The notes beneath the pieces are model-generated. The model saw nothing but the letters and a program-made list of their open reading frames with translations, was not told where the DNA came from and made no database searches. The position numbers and the translations under genes are program-made. 25,502 nt of DNA from Candidatus Omnitrophota bacterium (lineage in GTDB: Bacteria; Omnitrophota; Gorgyraeia; JAFGHF01). This document shows positions 25,467-25,502 of this stretch, in pieces. Numbering within the stretch: the first letter of the stretch is position 1; each line of letters begins with the position of its first letter. The DNA lies in NCBI GenBank assembly GCA_016932635.1, contig JAFGCM010000016.1, positions 1-25,502 on the forward strand, written 5' to 3'.

Positions 25467-25502
25467 GGTTTTGGTTAATGAACTAGTAGCAGTTCTCTTT
25501 CT

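Overview
Gene-dense bacterial window; every supportable gene is on the minus strand. From right to left it holds a long housekeeping cluster: hisG, a 31-aa bS22-like ribosomal protein missed by the ORF track, a TPR protein, split transketolase, ispE, spoVG (with a Zn-ribbon insert), tRNA-Gln(UUG), glmU, prs, rplY, pth, rpsF, ssb, rpsR, rplI, dnaB, bamA, skp, lpxD, fused lpxC-fabZ, lpxA and lpxI. The gene order, the LpxC-FabZ fusion and the Zn-ribbon SpoVG suggest a PVC-superphylum organism such as Omnitrophota (inference). After lpxI comes an AT-rich accessory islet (about 3250-5990) with an HPPY-type DNA methyltransferase, an overlapping PD-(D/E)xK nuclease and a decayed HEPN-like gene. In front of the methyltransferase sits a promoter / short ORF / alternative-pairing hairpin / terminator leader that looks like an attenuator. 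At the left end, an AmmeMemoRadiSam radical SAM enzyme with a signal-peptide-like N-terminus is translationally coupled to a truncated, polytopic spermidine-synthase-like protein that is also absent from the ORF track. The intergenic DNA has several near-consensus sigma70 promoters, large inverted repeats, a palindromic heptamer tract and a probable IS end at the right edge.
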